Virus genome (UHGV): UHGV-0171424
DNA length: 48,868 nucleotides
Reading direction: 5' to 3' (one strand)
From: a virus
In this document: positions 34,032-43,020 of the stretch, in pieces
Layout of the letters: the number at the start of each line of letters is the position of its first letter
Position numbering within the stretch: the stretch's first letter is position 1
Notes under the pieces: model-generated
What the model saw: the letters and a program-made list of their open reading frames with translations, nothing else
Database searches by the model: none
What the model was told of the DNA's origin: nothing
Position numbers and translations under genes: made by a program

Positions 34032-34531
34032 AAGATACCCTCATCAGGTTTTTCATTGGTGACCTTGTACGTTACGCTTGCACGTAGTGCGCCGGTGTCG
34101 ATAAGTGGATTGTCCGAACCTTTCTGTTCGATTGTGTAATCGCTGTTCGGTGGCGTGCGAAGGTCAGTCATGTACTGCTGCACCGCACCGACTGCGAATG
34201 CGCCCACTTGTTCAAGCACATGGTCAAGCGGTAAATCATTAGCCACGCCGTGAGCGATGGTGTCCACGATGTCCTGTTTACCACTTTGCACACCGGGTAT
34301 CAGCCAGGGGCGCGGCGGGATAGGTGCGGGATTGCCGTACAATTTGTTATTCGGGTTACCATAATTCAGCAATGCGCCAAGCTGGGCATTTGTCATACCG
34401 GAGTCAGGATGTTCACCTGCGTCCGAATGGATGCCGACAGTCACAGTCTTTTGACCGGCTTTAGTGTATTGCTCCAGTTTCGAACGTATTGCCTGTTTGG
34501 CTTGCTGTAGCGCTTTAATGTTGACTGACAT
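34028..34531 (-). CDS. virion morphogenesis protein (Mu G-like, putative); first gene of the tail operon
   Basis: 167 aa; ATGA overlap downstream; preceded by the late promoter. Confidence 0.4.
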   Translation of the reverse strand: MSVNIKALQQAKQAIRSKLEQYTKAGQKTVTVGIHSDAGEHPDSGMTNAQLGALLNYGNPNNKLYGNPAPIPPRPWLIPGVQSGKQDIVDTIAHGVANDLPLDHVLEQVGAFAVGAVQQYMTDLRTPPNSDYTIEQKGSDNPLIDTGALRASVTYKVTNEKPDEGIL

Positions 34532-34554
34532 AGTGTACCCTCGTTTGTCAAGAC

Positions 34555-34565
34555 ATTATCACACA
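34555..34565 (-). promoter_or_regulatory. late promoter for the tail operon: extended -10 (TGTGATAAT) 16 bp from the repeat boundary
   Basis: minus-strand TGTGATAAT about 25 nt upstream of RBS GAGGG and the ATG at 34531; no good -35, which suggests activator dependence. Confidence 0.45.
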
Positions 34566-34580
34566 ACGTTGCGCCAGTAT

Positions 34581-34881
34581 CCACACACCCCGTTGAAACT
34601 CGTTCGGGGTACTTCATCGGGGTATCAAAAACTCTTTAGTTTTCAGTACTATACTACTTATTACCCCTATACCCCTATAAAATAGTAATTAGTAGTAATA
34701 GAAAGTATATAATAAATAGTATAAATGTAATATAATACATAATGTATACTTTATAAGGTTTATAAGGGGGAAGAAGGGAAGAATGTACGGGGTGTTCGGT
34801 TATGCTCGTAAACCTATGATTATGAAAGTAAATTCGCCACCCCGATATCTGTGGTATTTCGGGGTAAAATGAGGTATTGAC
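34581..34881 (+). repeat. 301-bp direct repeat copy A (AT-rich, hairpin-containing)
   Basis: identical to 48623-48868 plus 1-55; starts CCACACACCCCGTTGAAACTCGTTCGGGG and ends GGTATTGAC. Confidence 0.95.
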
Positions 34882-34905
34882 GAATACGTCAACCACTGAT
34901 ACACT
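34877..34905 (+). promoter_or_regulatory. palindromic early promoter (TTGACG-aata-CGTCAA, N7, TACACT)
   Basis: TTGAC from the repeat end plus unique G; CGTCAA at 34887-34892; TACACT at 34900-34905. Confidence 0.55.
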
Positions 34906-34936
34906 CATTCTATAAATTACAGAGAGGGGTAACACC

Positions 34937-35389
34937 GTGTCATTTGCATCTTATATTTTAAAAAAAATAAATTATGTCCCTGAAGAGGAAGTGAAGTCCG
35001 ATGAGAGTCGGGCGCGCCAACGTGAACACTCTGCATCTCATGACATTCCACAAGGTGTTGTACAGACATCGCGCGGACCAATGCGAATTACAAAAAGTGG
35101 AAAAATAGATGGCCGAAGTCTGGCACGAGGGAAACCCAAAAATTGGGACCGCGTGCCACGCGGAGTGAAATCGTATGAGCACATCATCCTTCGTGACATC
35201 TTTGAAAATGCGAAACCCGGTGAGGAATTTGCATGGGACTGGAGAACGGAAGCAACATATTCGGACATTAAGTTGCGAACCGCACAGTTGACATACGCAT
35301 ACAAAATCGCGGAGATATACGAACATAAGGTCTCGCTTTCCGCAAAACCAGGGTACATGGTGATTAAATATGTGGGCAATAAAGCATGA
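34937..35389 (+). CDS. basic early protein, hypothetical
   Basis: GTG start with strong RBS AGAGAGGGG; 150 aa; first gene after the repeat A promoter. Confidence 0.5.
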   Translation: MSFASYILKKINYVPEEEVKSDESRARQREHSASHDIPQGVVQTSRGPMRITKSGKIDGRSLARGKPKNWDRVPRGVKSYEHIILRDIFENAKPGEEFAWDWRTEATYSDIKLRTAQLTYAYKIAEIYEHKVSLSAKPGYMVIKYVGNKA

Positions 35390-35918
35390 GTCCGGAACAG
35401 TTTTATTTACAACGAAAGATAAATTTATCGCGCTTAACCGCGCACAACATGGCTGGAGAGTTGAAGAAGTGAGTGAAATGAACGTTTACCTGTCACGTCC
35501 TGGTGCACGTATTCCAACGTATGCAACGTCAGGAAGCGCGTGCTTCGATGTTTATGCTGCACTCGATAAACCAGTGCTAATTCGCAACGGTGAGCCTGTA
35601 ATCATTCCCACAGGGCTTAAATTTGATATACCAGTTGGACATGCTTTGATGATTTACTCACGCAGTGGTCACGGGTTTAACAGCGATGTCCGTCTGTCAA
35701 ATTGTACCGGCGTCATTGACAGTGACTACACTGGTGAATTGATGGTCAAGTTGACGCAGGATGTTGACCATCATGAAGGTGTGTTCTGGGTTAATCACGG
35801 TGACCGGATCGCACAGGGGGTGCTGATTCCGGTCGAACAAGTGACGTTTAAGCAAATCAGTGAACCACCTCAACAGAAAACTAACCGTCAGGGTGGTTTT
35901 GGGAGTACCGGAAGTTAA
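35370..35918 (+). CDS. dut: dUTPase
   Basis: motifs SRSGHG and GVIDSDYTGEL; true start may be the internal ATG at about 35478 (MNVYLSRPG...). Confidence 0.75.
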   Translation: MWAIKHESGTVLFTTKDKFIALNRAQHGWRVEEVSEMNVYLSRPGARIPTYATSGSACFDVYAALDKPVLIRNGEPVIIPTGLKFDIPVGHALMIYSRSGHGFNSDVRLSNCTGVIDSDYTGELMVKLTQDVDHHEGVFWVNHGDRIAQGVLIPVEQVTFKQISEPPQQKTNRQGGFGSTGS

Positions 35919-35919
35919 C

Positions 35920-36546
35920 TCATGATGCGATAATGCCAGAGGCGCGCAGCTGGGTAAGCAGGTCATTTAATTTTGTCGCAACCACGTTAACAGCCGTGGT
36001 TGCCGAGGTAGCCACGGAAGCTGCTTCCTCTCCTGATACCGTCTGCGAGCCGACATTGGGTACAGCTGAACCCTGCGTGAACTTATCGCCGGCCATTGCC
36101 GTTGATGCGGTTGTGCCAATGACCAGACTTGAAGTACCCGCGCCAATTGCGGTACGTGCTGCGGCGGCGTTCGCACCTGCGGCGATAACAGTAGGTTTCC
36201 CGGTAATATTATCCCACGCCACAGAGCCGCCACCTGAAGGGGTCACGGTTCCCATCATTTGAATCATTGTATTGTTGCGGATGATTGGCGCACCCAATGG
36301 CTGAATCTCATTAGTCATGACTGCCGTTACAGCGTCAGCCAGACCTCGTGAATCTACACCAACAACAGCTCGATAATCGTCAGAGATGTACCCGCTTACC
36401 GGCTCACCTGTGACAACCACCTGTCGAGGCTCACCACCTTGTATGAATATCTCACCAAGTGGCGTTTTACCTGTTGCGGCATTGACGAGCGCAACGAGTT
36501 CGCTAACTGTATTAGCAGAAAGAACTTCGTAAGTTGTTACCGACAT
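35920..36546 (-). CDS. virion structural protein (Ala/Gly/Thr-rich), hypothetical
   Basis: 208 aa in the head-tail region; low-complexity A/G/T/S-rich central part. Confidence 0.4.
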   Translation of the reverse strand: MSVTTYEVLSANTVSELVALVNAATGKTPLGEIFIQGGEPRQVVVTGEPVSGYISDDYRAVVGVDSRGLADAVTAVMTNEIQPLGAPIIRNNTMIQMMGTVTPSGGGSVAWDNITGKPTVIAAGANAAAARTAIGAGTSSLVIGTTASTAMAGDKFTQGSAVPNVGSQTVSGEEAASVATSATTAVNVVATKLNDLLTQLRASGIIAS

Positions 36547-36555
36547 TTAATTACC

Positions 36556-36990
<435 letters not shown>

Positions 36991-36994
36991 TTAA

Positions 36995-37312
36995 TTAGGA
37001 GGCGGTTTTTACTGCCTCAATTTCTTGTTGAAGACGTGGCTTCTTCCAGCGTGTATCAACTTTGATACCCAGTTCTTCGGCTTCTGCACGAAGTTTGTCA
37101 ATGGTCACATCGTCGGCGTCTGAGTCAGGGTTGACCAGTTCACCACTTGTGACGACCAGTTCACCTGCGTCCTGATATGCACTGACCAGACTGTAAATTG
37201 CCGGAGTAACTTCGAATTCTTTCGAATCACCCGGTGCCAGCATACGTTTCATCACATCTTCTTCACCCGGCATCATGAACGGGCGCGCGGAAATATTTTT
37301 CACAGTAATCAT
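36995..37312 (-). CDS. small structural-module protein with Rho-N-like C-terminal motif
   Basis: 105 aa; C-terminus EELGIKVDTRWKKPRLQQEI resembles the Rho N-terminal/SAP-like motif. Confidence 0.35.
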   Translation of the reverse strand: MITVKNISARPFMMPGEEDVMKRMLAPGDSKEFEVTPAIYSLVSAYQDAGELVVTSGELVNPDSDADDVTIDKLRAEAEELGIKVDTRWKKPRLQQEIEAVKTAS

Positions 37313-37344
37313 AAATCACCTTTAGTTGCAATACTTACCCGTTG

Positions 37345-38736
37345 TTATTTTACCCACAACAGCTTGTCCTGTCCAGAATCGTAGATACGTGAGACACCTT
37401 CTGACTCATACCATTGCGTCTGTGTCATTCCATCCGGTGCGCGGTTCCACTTCTCACGTGATTCGGTTGTGCAACCATTTACAATCCTGAACCCCACTGT
37501 CGTGGTTGAAAGTGTGAAACCAGCATTAATATAACTGGAACCGCTGAACAAATCCCGGTCAACGTATGAATAGGCGCGGTTAATGTTGTTAACCGTGGTA
37601 GCATGTTTCCACAGGCGGGACAGTCCACCCGGGACATTACACGCAGTCGCATATCGTACCAGTTCCCATTCGTTCTTTTTCTGCCAGTTTGTCAGGCTGA
37701 TTACGGCGACTAAGGTATCATCGTGTTGCAGACCATAATGTACGGTCGCACCCCGGAAACCCTGTACGTGGTGTTTCTCCATGAACGCCTTCGCTTCAGA
37801 CGTCGAAACTTCCACAATGTTACATTTTCGGGCAAACACTTTGTCGGATACCACGCCAAGTGCGTTGCGAATGATATTTTCCACCTGTTCGCGGCGCTCA
37901 TTCCAGACATCCTCGCGAATGCTTATCAGACGATATCCTGCGGCTTCCACGCGGTGACGCTTGGTGATGTGATACTTCTTATCCTTCGTGCGCTCATCGT
38001 GCCAGTACAGACCGTTAAATTCTATTGCCAGATTGTGTGACGGCACTACAACATCGAGTTCCAGCGGTCCAATGATTGTACGGTCGGATTGTACCGCATC
38101 GGGACAAATGGAACGGACGAAGTTGAAGACTTCTGTTTCGGCTTTGGATACTCCGGAGTTGGAGCATTTTGGGCAACCAGACCCCTGCCTCACGTGAATA
38201 TCCGCTAGTTGTTCGAAATCTCCGTGCACTGGACAACGTATGGAGACTGTTTGGTCAATCCTCAAATAATTTGTATATGTGTAGTCGTATTTATCTCCGT
38301 GTTTGACTCTTGCTTTTTTCACCCATTCATCTTTTGACATTTTACCGCCACGATTACAGGCTGGACAACCTGAGCCACGTAGATGTACTTTGATACTCTG
38401 ATTAAACTCCCCATGATCGGGACATATTACCACCAGTGATTTTGCGTCTGCGACACGGTACTGATATCTACCGGAGTGTATCATCGTTGCTTTCTCTATT
38501 ACTTCATCAATTGGGGTGCTACGTTTAGAAGCAGAACGCTTGTCCCCACATTTGGGACAGCCGATTCCGGCGAGGTGGCTGTATGCTTTTTGGTGGAATA
38601 CTCCGTGTTCGGGACAGATTATCGACACTGTGTCATGTACTTTGTCGAAGGAGACACCAGAGTAATCATATTTACCATCGTGTTTCTGAGACGCTCTCTG
38701 CTTAAAAATATCAACCGTTACTCTAACTCGTTTCAC
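37345..38736 (-). CDS. homing-endonuclease-like protein: Zn-ribbon repeats plus Vsr/DUF559-like PD-(D/E)xK nuclease domain
   Basis: three repeats CP(E/D/V)HG.F.Q....HL.G.GCP.C; AIEFNGLYWHDE...ISIRE resembles the Vsr/DUF559 fold; GTG start at 38736 with RBS AAGAGGA; own promoter; the track start at 38793 is the -35 TTG. Confidence 0.55.
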   Translation of the reverse strand: MKRVRVTVDIFKQRASQKHDGKYDYSGVSFDKVHDTVSIICPEHGVFHQKAYSHLAGIGCPKCGDKRSASKRSTPIDEVIEKATMIHSGRYQYRVADAKSLVVICPDHGEFNQSIKVHLRGSGCPACNRGGKMSKDEWVKKARVKHGDKYDYTYTNYLRIDQTVSIRCPVHGDFEQLADIHVRQGSGCPKCSNSGVSKAETEVFNFVRSICPDAVQSDRTIIGPLELDVVVPSHNLAIEFNGLYWHDERTKDKKYHITKRHRVEAAGYRLISIREDVWNERREQVENIIRNALGVVSDKVFARKCNIVEVSTSEAKAFMEKHHVQGFRGATVHYGLQHDDTLVAVISLTNWQKKNEWELVRYATACNVPGGLSRLWKHATTVNNINRAYSYVDRDLFSGSSYINAGFTLSTTTVGFRIVNGCTTESREKWNRAPDGMTQTQWYESEGVSRIYDSGQDKLLWVK

Positions 38737-38764
38737 TGTGCAATCCTCTTTTGCGTTTGTACCG

Positions 38765-38793
38765 ATACTACATATTTTATATTCGTGTGTCAA
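38765..38793 (-). promoter_or_regulatory. sigma70 promoter (TTGACA -17- TAGTAT) for the endonuclease-like gene
   Basis: near-consensus hexamers on the minus strand immediately downstream of the capsid-gene terminator. Confidence 0.6.
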
Positions 38794-38823
38794 CGCAAAA
38801 GAAAAGCCCTCCGAAGAGGGCTT
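38794..38823 (-). terminator. rho-independent terminator after the major capsid gene
   Basis: AGCCCTC-ttcg-GAGGGCT hairpin followed by TTCTTTTGCG on the minus strand. Confidence 0.75.
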
Positions 38824-38845
38824 AGGATGCTACTGAGGGTAGGTA

Positions 38846-39880
38846 TTACAGCATGTCGAGGTAGATTGCACTCAGAGGATAGCGAATTTCGGTGCCCGAA
38901 ATCTTATACTCTGCCGGTACAGTTACGGCCAGACCTTTGTTCTGTGGTGCCAACATACGGAACGGAATCGGCTTAGCAACACCCAGGTTGCGGTCGTTCT
39001 TCTCGTAGATGAGCACGCGGTCTTTCGAACTGTTGGACACGCCGCCCGCAGCCAGTTCCGCAGCGGTCAGCTGGAAACGAACCTGAATGTCAATTTCCTG
39101 ACCGGTCATCAGAGTGTATGCGTTGTTGGTTTTGAAAAACTCCATTACTGTAGTGTCAGAGTAACCAGTCATCAGCGTGCTGTTCATGCGCTTCCACAGG
39201 TCCGGGAATACGCGAACGGTATTCGGCAGATGGAAGTTTTTGGACAGTTTGATGATGTCGAACAGCGGGTCGTTGAGCATGTTGAACAGCTCCTGACCGG
39301 TGGCGGTGGTGTAGTCGACGGTCGCCTTAGTCACGGTCACATTGCCGTTATTGAACAGACCGGCCATCCCCAGTTGTGAATCACCAAAATAAGCCACTTT
39401 CTGACTGTGTTCTTCATAGCCACGATATGCCAGCTGCTGCTGCATGGTGTCAATTGGCATGTTCTGAGACGCAGTGGTGCGCAGCTCGTCAATGCTGTAA
39501 TGGCACTCGATGCCGCCGTAGTTCAGCGGTACAGTGTGGAGTTTCGCAGATTGAGCGACGTGCGGCAGGTCCATGGCGTTTGCGCCGATGAACTTCCCAA
39601 CCGTGACGCCATCATAGCTCCGGTACACCCAATGGTTCGCATGTTCCGGGATGCCGGATACAACCGGAATATCCTGCAGATAGGTGATATCAGCATACGG
39701 CGTTGCATAAATGGTTTGCTCAACCTGTGCCAGCTGAGAGATATAGAACGCGATACCACCGTCAGCATCACGGAATTCAGCCGGAACGTTGATAGCGTTC
39801 TGACCATCCAGATACTGTTTAACCCACGGGTTACCCGCGATAGTCTGTGCGTCAAGTACAACGCTGTTTAATTTGTCCAT
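38846..39880 (-). CDS. major capsid protein
   Basis: 344 aa; position after the protease/scaffold and decoration-like genes; followed by a strong terminator, typical for MCP genes. Confidence 0.7.
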   Translation of the reverse strand: MDKLNSVVLDAQTIAGNPWVKQYLDGQNAINVPAEFRDADGGIAFYISQLAQVEQTIYATPYADITYLQDIPVVSGIPEHANHWVYRSYDGVTVGKFIGANAMDLPHVAQSAKLHTVPLNYGGIECHYSIDELRTTASQNMPIDTMQQQLAYRGYEEHSQKVAYFGDSQLGMAGLFNNGNVTVTKATVDYTTATGQELFNMLNDPLFDIIKLSKNFHLPNTVRVFPDLWKRMNSTLMTGYSDTTVMEFFKTNNAYTLMTGQEIDIQVRFQLTAAELAAGGVSNSSKDRVLIYEKNDRNLGVAKPIPFRMLAPQNKGLAVTVPAEYKISGTEIRYPLSAIYLDML

Positions 39881-39882
39881 TA

Positions 39883-40371
39883 TTAACCCCCAACAACCAG
39901 AGACAGTTTAGCCAGACCACCGGTTGTCGCGGCAGTGAGGAATTTAGCACCAGGAATGGCAACCGACAAAGTTGCTGATTCACCCGCCGTCTTAGCGAAA
40001 TCGCCGGTCTGAGTCGCACCGACACGCAGGAATGCAGCGTCACCAACGGCAACAGCCTCTGCCACAGTTACCCAGATCACGCCAGCAGTGAGCACAGATG
40101 CCGGACGATCAACCGGAGCACCGAAAGTTGCGCCGTCAGCGTAAGAGCGGTTCAGTTCACGAACCAGTACGCCCACGAAGTCGCCAGCTGTGGAGCTGGC
40201 AGTCGCAGCCTTAAAGCCTTTCTCGCCGCTACGTACAACACCTTTACCATATGCGACGGTTGCGGTGTCATCGTTAATTTTGGAAACGATGTTCGCTACT
40301 TGTCCGTCGGCGACCATCCCGGTAAAGGCTGCGTCGTGATTCAGACCGTAGCTGGTTGCATTAATAGCCAT
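39883..40371 (-). CDS. head decoration/auxiliary head protein (putative)
   Basis: 162-aa ORF between the scaffold/protease gene and the MCP gene. Confidence 0.35.
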   Translation of the reverse strand: MAINATSYGLNHDAAFTGMVADGQVANIVSKINDDTATVAYGKGVVRSGEKGFKAATASSTAGDFVGVLVRELNRSYADGATFGAPVDRPASVLTAGVIWVTVAEAVAVGDAAFLRVGATQTGDFAKTAGESATLSVAIPGAKFLTAATTGGLAKLSLVVGG

Positions 40372-40382
40372 CTATGTCACCC

Positions 40383-41501
40383 TTATTTAAGTTTACCAGT
40401 CTGACGCAGCAGTGCTTCTTGTGCGCGGGACAGTACAGGTTTTGCGTCGGCTACCGGCTGTTTGATGTCTTTAGCGCCATCTTTAGCCAGTTGCTCAAGC
40501 TGTGAGTCTACCACAGGTTTCACCGGTTCTTCCACAGCCATGTCGAAAGCGGCTTCAACATAGGCGGCGGATTTTTCAGCCCAGTCAACAGAAGGACGTT
40601 TAACAGCGAGAGCGGTACGTTTGATTACGACCGGGTCCATGCTGTCACAGGTGAATTCATCGCCAGCAACTTTACGCGCTGAGGAGGTAACACGTGCAAT
40701 TGCTTCCACGCGTGCTTTCAGGGCTTCGTCGCTGCATTTGGTGGTCAGGTCGGCAACCTGCTCCATTGCTGCGTCGAGTTGAGCCTGTACGGTTTCTTTG
40801 GCGGCTTCGGCGTCACTGACACGCTGTTCTAAGCGTTTGAACGCGTCTACCACCGCAGCATCCGCCACATCAACTTTTAGCCCGGTGTCAGTGGTGATTT
40901 GATACATGGGTTTTTTCTCCATATTATCGAAGATACGCGCCATTGCACCCGCACGAGCACGGTCAACAATTGCAACGTGGTTAATTTTAATCTGAGTCTG
41001 TCGGAAGTCGTATGGTTCACCTTCCGGCGTTGTCCCTGGTGTGTCATCATACACCGCCGTGTAACCCGCTGACAACTCACACTTACCGGTTTCGACAGCC
41101 TCAATCGCGTCTTTATCCTTGATAACCATATCCACAATGACGAAATCGCCGTCCTGACGACCGACACTCGTTACAACACCAACGGAAGTATTACGGTACG
41201 TGGAAGCATTGACAAGCGTAGGAGGATGGTTATTCGTGACATCTGCGCCGAGATAGCTCTGAAGTGATTCATCATTAAACACTTCTTCGGGGGGACGGTA
41301 CACACGGATAATGTCGTTCGGTGCGCGGTCCTTCAGTCCCAGTTCCGAAGCGAGATATTCCTGAATACCAGTACGAGCGGCTTTACCGGGCACACGCAAA
41401 AATCCCTCATCCGTGTAAACACGTTGGGAATTCAGTGCAAAACTTTTACGGTCATTGTGTGTTACGGTGATTTGCATGTTGACGAATCCGTCAGAGTATG
41501 C
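40383..41501 (-). CDS. prohead protease / scaffold fusion (Mu I-like)
   Basis: N-terminal protease-like domain plus C-terminal Ala/Glu/Lys-rich coiled coil; the track start at 41561 is probably an over-extension across the divergent promoter. Confidence 0.55.
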   Translation of the reverse strand, partial: AYSDGFVNMQITVTHNDRKSFALNSQRVYTDEGFLRVPGKAARTGIQEYLASELGLKDRAPNDIIRVYRPPEEVFNDESLQSYLGADVTNNHPPTLVNASTYRNTSVGVVTSVGRQDGDFVIVDMVIKDKDAIEAVETGKCELSAGYTAVYDDTPGTTPEGEPYDFRQTQIKINHVAIVDRARAGAMARIFDNMEKKPMYQITTDTGLKVDVADAAVVDAFKRLEQRVSDAEAAKETVQAQLDAAMEQVADLTTKCSDEALKARVEAIARVTSSARKVAGDEFTCDSMDPVVIKRTALAVKRPSVDWAEKSAAYVEAAFDMAVEEPVKPVVDSQLEQLAKDGAKDIKQPVADAKPVLSRAQEALLRQTGKLK

Positions 41502-41507
41502 CATAGT
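41479..41507 (+). promoter_or_regulatory. palindromic promoter (TTGACG-aatc-CGTCA, N8, CATAGT)
   Basis: TTGACG at 41479-41484, CGTCA at 41489-41493, CATAGT at 41502-41507; divergent from the protease/scaffold gene. Confidence 0.5.
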
Positions 41508-41553
41508 GATAATCGTTAAACACATAATACATATATTTCGGAGGAGATACAAC

Positions 41554-42012
41554 ATGACCACGTGGAACTACATCATCGGTAGTGAGAAGGACTTCGAAGG
41601 TGCGCCGGATTGGGCGAGTATGGTAATAAAATTCCAGGGGCAAACAATCTTTGAGGAACACGCTACTCCTCTACTGGGTATTAGTCGTTTTTCGATTGAA
41701 GGTGACAAGTCCGTCGAAGTTTGGGATGACGACACTGTATCTGGTGGAGCAATCATCGCCCAACGTGAACCCGTAGTAACCAATGACATGGTCAACCATC
41801 CGCCACACTACACACAAGGTGGTATTGAGTGTATCGATGCCATCAAAGCCGCCACAGTTGGTAAAACCGGTATCGAGGCGGTATGTGTGGCGAATGTCGT
41901 TAAATATCTGTGGCGCTACGAAGAGAAGAACGGCCTGGAAGATGTGAAAAAGGCCCGCTGGTATCTTGAGCGTCTGATTAGTGAACTGAACGGGGTGAAA
42001 GCAAATGAGTGA
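41554..42012 (+). CDS. DUF3310-family phage protein
   Basis: RBS GGAGGAGA upstream of the ATG at 41554; conserved NHPPHYTQGGIE motif typical of DUF3310. Confidence 0.55.
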   Translation: MTTWNYIIGSEKDFEGAPDWASMVIKFQGQTIFEEHATPLLGISRFSIEGDKSVEVWDDDTVSGGAIIAQREPVVTNDMVNHPPHYTQGGIECIDAIKAATVGKTGIEAVCVANVVKYLWRYEEKNGLEDVKKARWYLERLISELNGVKANE

Positions 42013-42187
42013 TAACAATAATCTTGTGATGCTGAACTTGCTACGCTCGAAAGGTGTATCAGTCTGTAAAACACCGTCCGGTATTGTTGCATACGGTCTG
42101 TCTCGCTTGAGTCAATCAGAGCATGAGATGTTTAACCGGATGACTCAGACCGAATTGTTAGCAGCGCTCAGGATGCAGAAAGTATGA
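42005..42187 (+). CDS. hypothetical protein
   Basis: 60-aa ORF with overlapping start. Confidence 0.35.
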   Translation: MSDNNNLVMLNLLRSKGVSVCKTPSGIVAYGLSRLSQSEHEMFNRMTQTELLAALRMQKV

Positions 42188-42381
42188 CCAGCATCATACC
42201 ACGTTACCCAACCGGGACACTTGTGAAGTTGTTCCCCAACGGTGTCGTTACGGGTGTTGTCGCAAACGTAATAGACGATGAGTCACCACGCTACTATGTG
42301 CAGTGGGACGATGGTACTTACAGCTGTCACACGCAGCGCGATTTAAAACGAGTGGGGACATTGTATGGCAAACTGGATTAA
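42184..42381 (+). CDS. hypothetical protein
   Basis: 65-aa ORF, ATGA overlap. Confidence 0.4.
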   Translation: MTSIIPRYPTGTLVKLFPNGVVTGVVANVIDDESPRYYVQWDDGTYSCHTQRDLKRVGTLYGKLD

Positions 42382-42556
42382 GTGTAGTGAGCGGATGCCG
42401 GAAGGGCTTGATGATGTGCTGGTTACTGATGGTGATAATATTGAAATGAAATGGTGGGATGGTGACGATTAGGATAGTTGGGCGGAGCGTAACTCGAATA
42501 TCTGCGGCGACGATGTGACTCACTGGATGCCGTTACCCAAGCTACCGCAGGAGTGA
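42365..42556 (+). pseudogene. DUF551-family gene interrupted by an in-frame amber (TAG at 42470-42472)
   Basis: N-terminal part WIKCSERMPEGLDDVLV and C-terminal part VTHWMPLPKLP both match DUF551 and are in the same frame, separated only by TAG. Confidence 0.5.
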
Positions 42557-42613
42557 CACTATGGACTACCTTCTGCTTTGTGTCGGCGTTGTGATTTGGG
42601 TCAAATATTTATG

Positions 42614-42643
42614 TTGACGAGTTCGTCAGGGATGACGTATACT
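42614..42643 (+). promoter_or_regulatory. palindromic promoter (TTGACG-agtt-CGTCA, N9, TATACT)
   Basis: TTGACG at 42614-42619, CGTCA at 42624-42628, TATACT at 42638-42643. Confidence 0.5.
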
Positions 42644-42676
42644 TAATTCATCAACAACAGAGAGGGTTTGAGACAA

Positions 42677-42826
42677 ATGAACACTTTACTTCCCGGCTAC
42701 GACCGCCCCGTATCAGAGGCGCACATTGTCGATAAAGAACTGTTACAGGTCGCACAACAGCTTGCACGCAAGCATGACGATTGGGCGCTCGCTAACGCTG
42801 CATTACGTGAGGCATACGGAAAATGA
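42677..42826 (+). CDS. small hypothetical protein (49 aa)
   Basis: RBS AGAGGG upstream of the ATG at 42677; ATGA overlap with the next gene. Confidence 0.4.
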   Translation: MNTLLPGYDRPVSEAHIVDKELLQVAQQLARKHDDWALANAALREAYGK

Positions 42827-43020
42827 ACCATAAACCCGTTAAGGCGGTAATGCTCCACAACAATGACCGGATTATCGATGTGGACGGTGTTATCACCGTG
42901 ACAAATTTCAAAATGAACTTCCGCGAGGACATCGTGACATTTACCGCGACCAAAGAGGATGACTCAGTATCTGAGCGCTGGATAGCGATGGACCGACTTG
43001 TTAATAAGGTTACTTCTTAG
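42823..43020 (+). CDS. hypothetical protein
   Basis: 65-aa ORF. Confidence 0.4.
   Translation: MNHKPVKAVMLHNNDRIIDVDGVITVTNFKMNFREDIVTFTATKEDDSVSERWIAMDRLVNKVTS

Noticed and set aside
34581-34881. Interpreting the 301-bp repeats as direct terminal repeats of a linear genome
   Set aside because: A terminal redundancy would collapse to one copy in a circular assembly. Here the copies are 14 kb apart at functionally analogous promoter regions with unique sequence on both sides of each.
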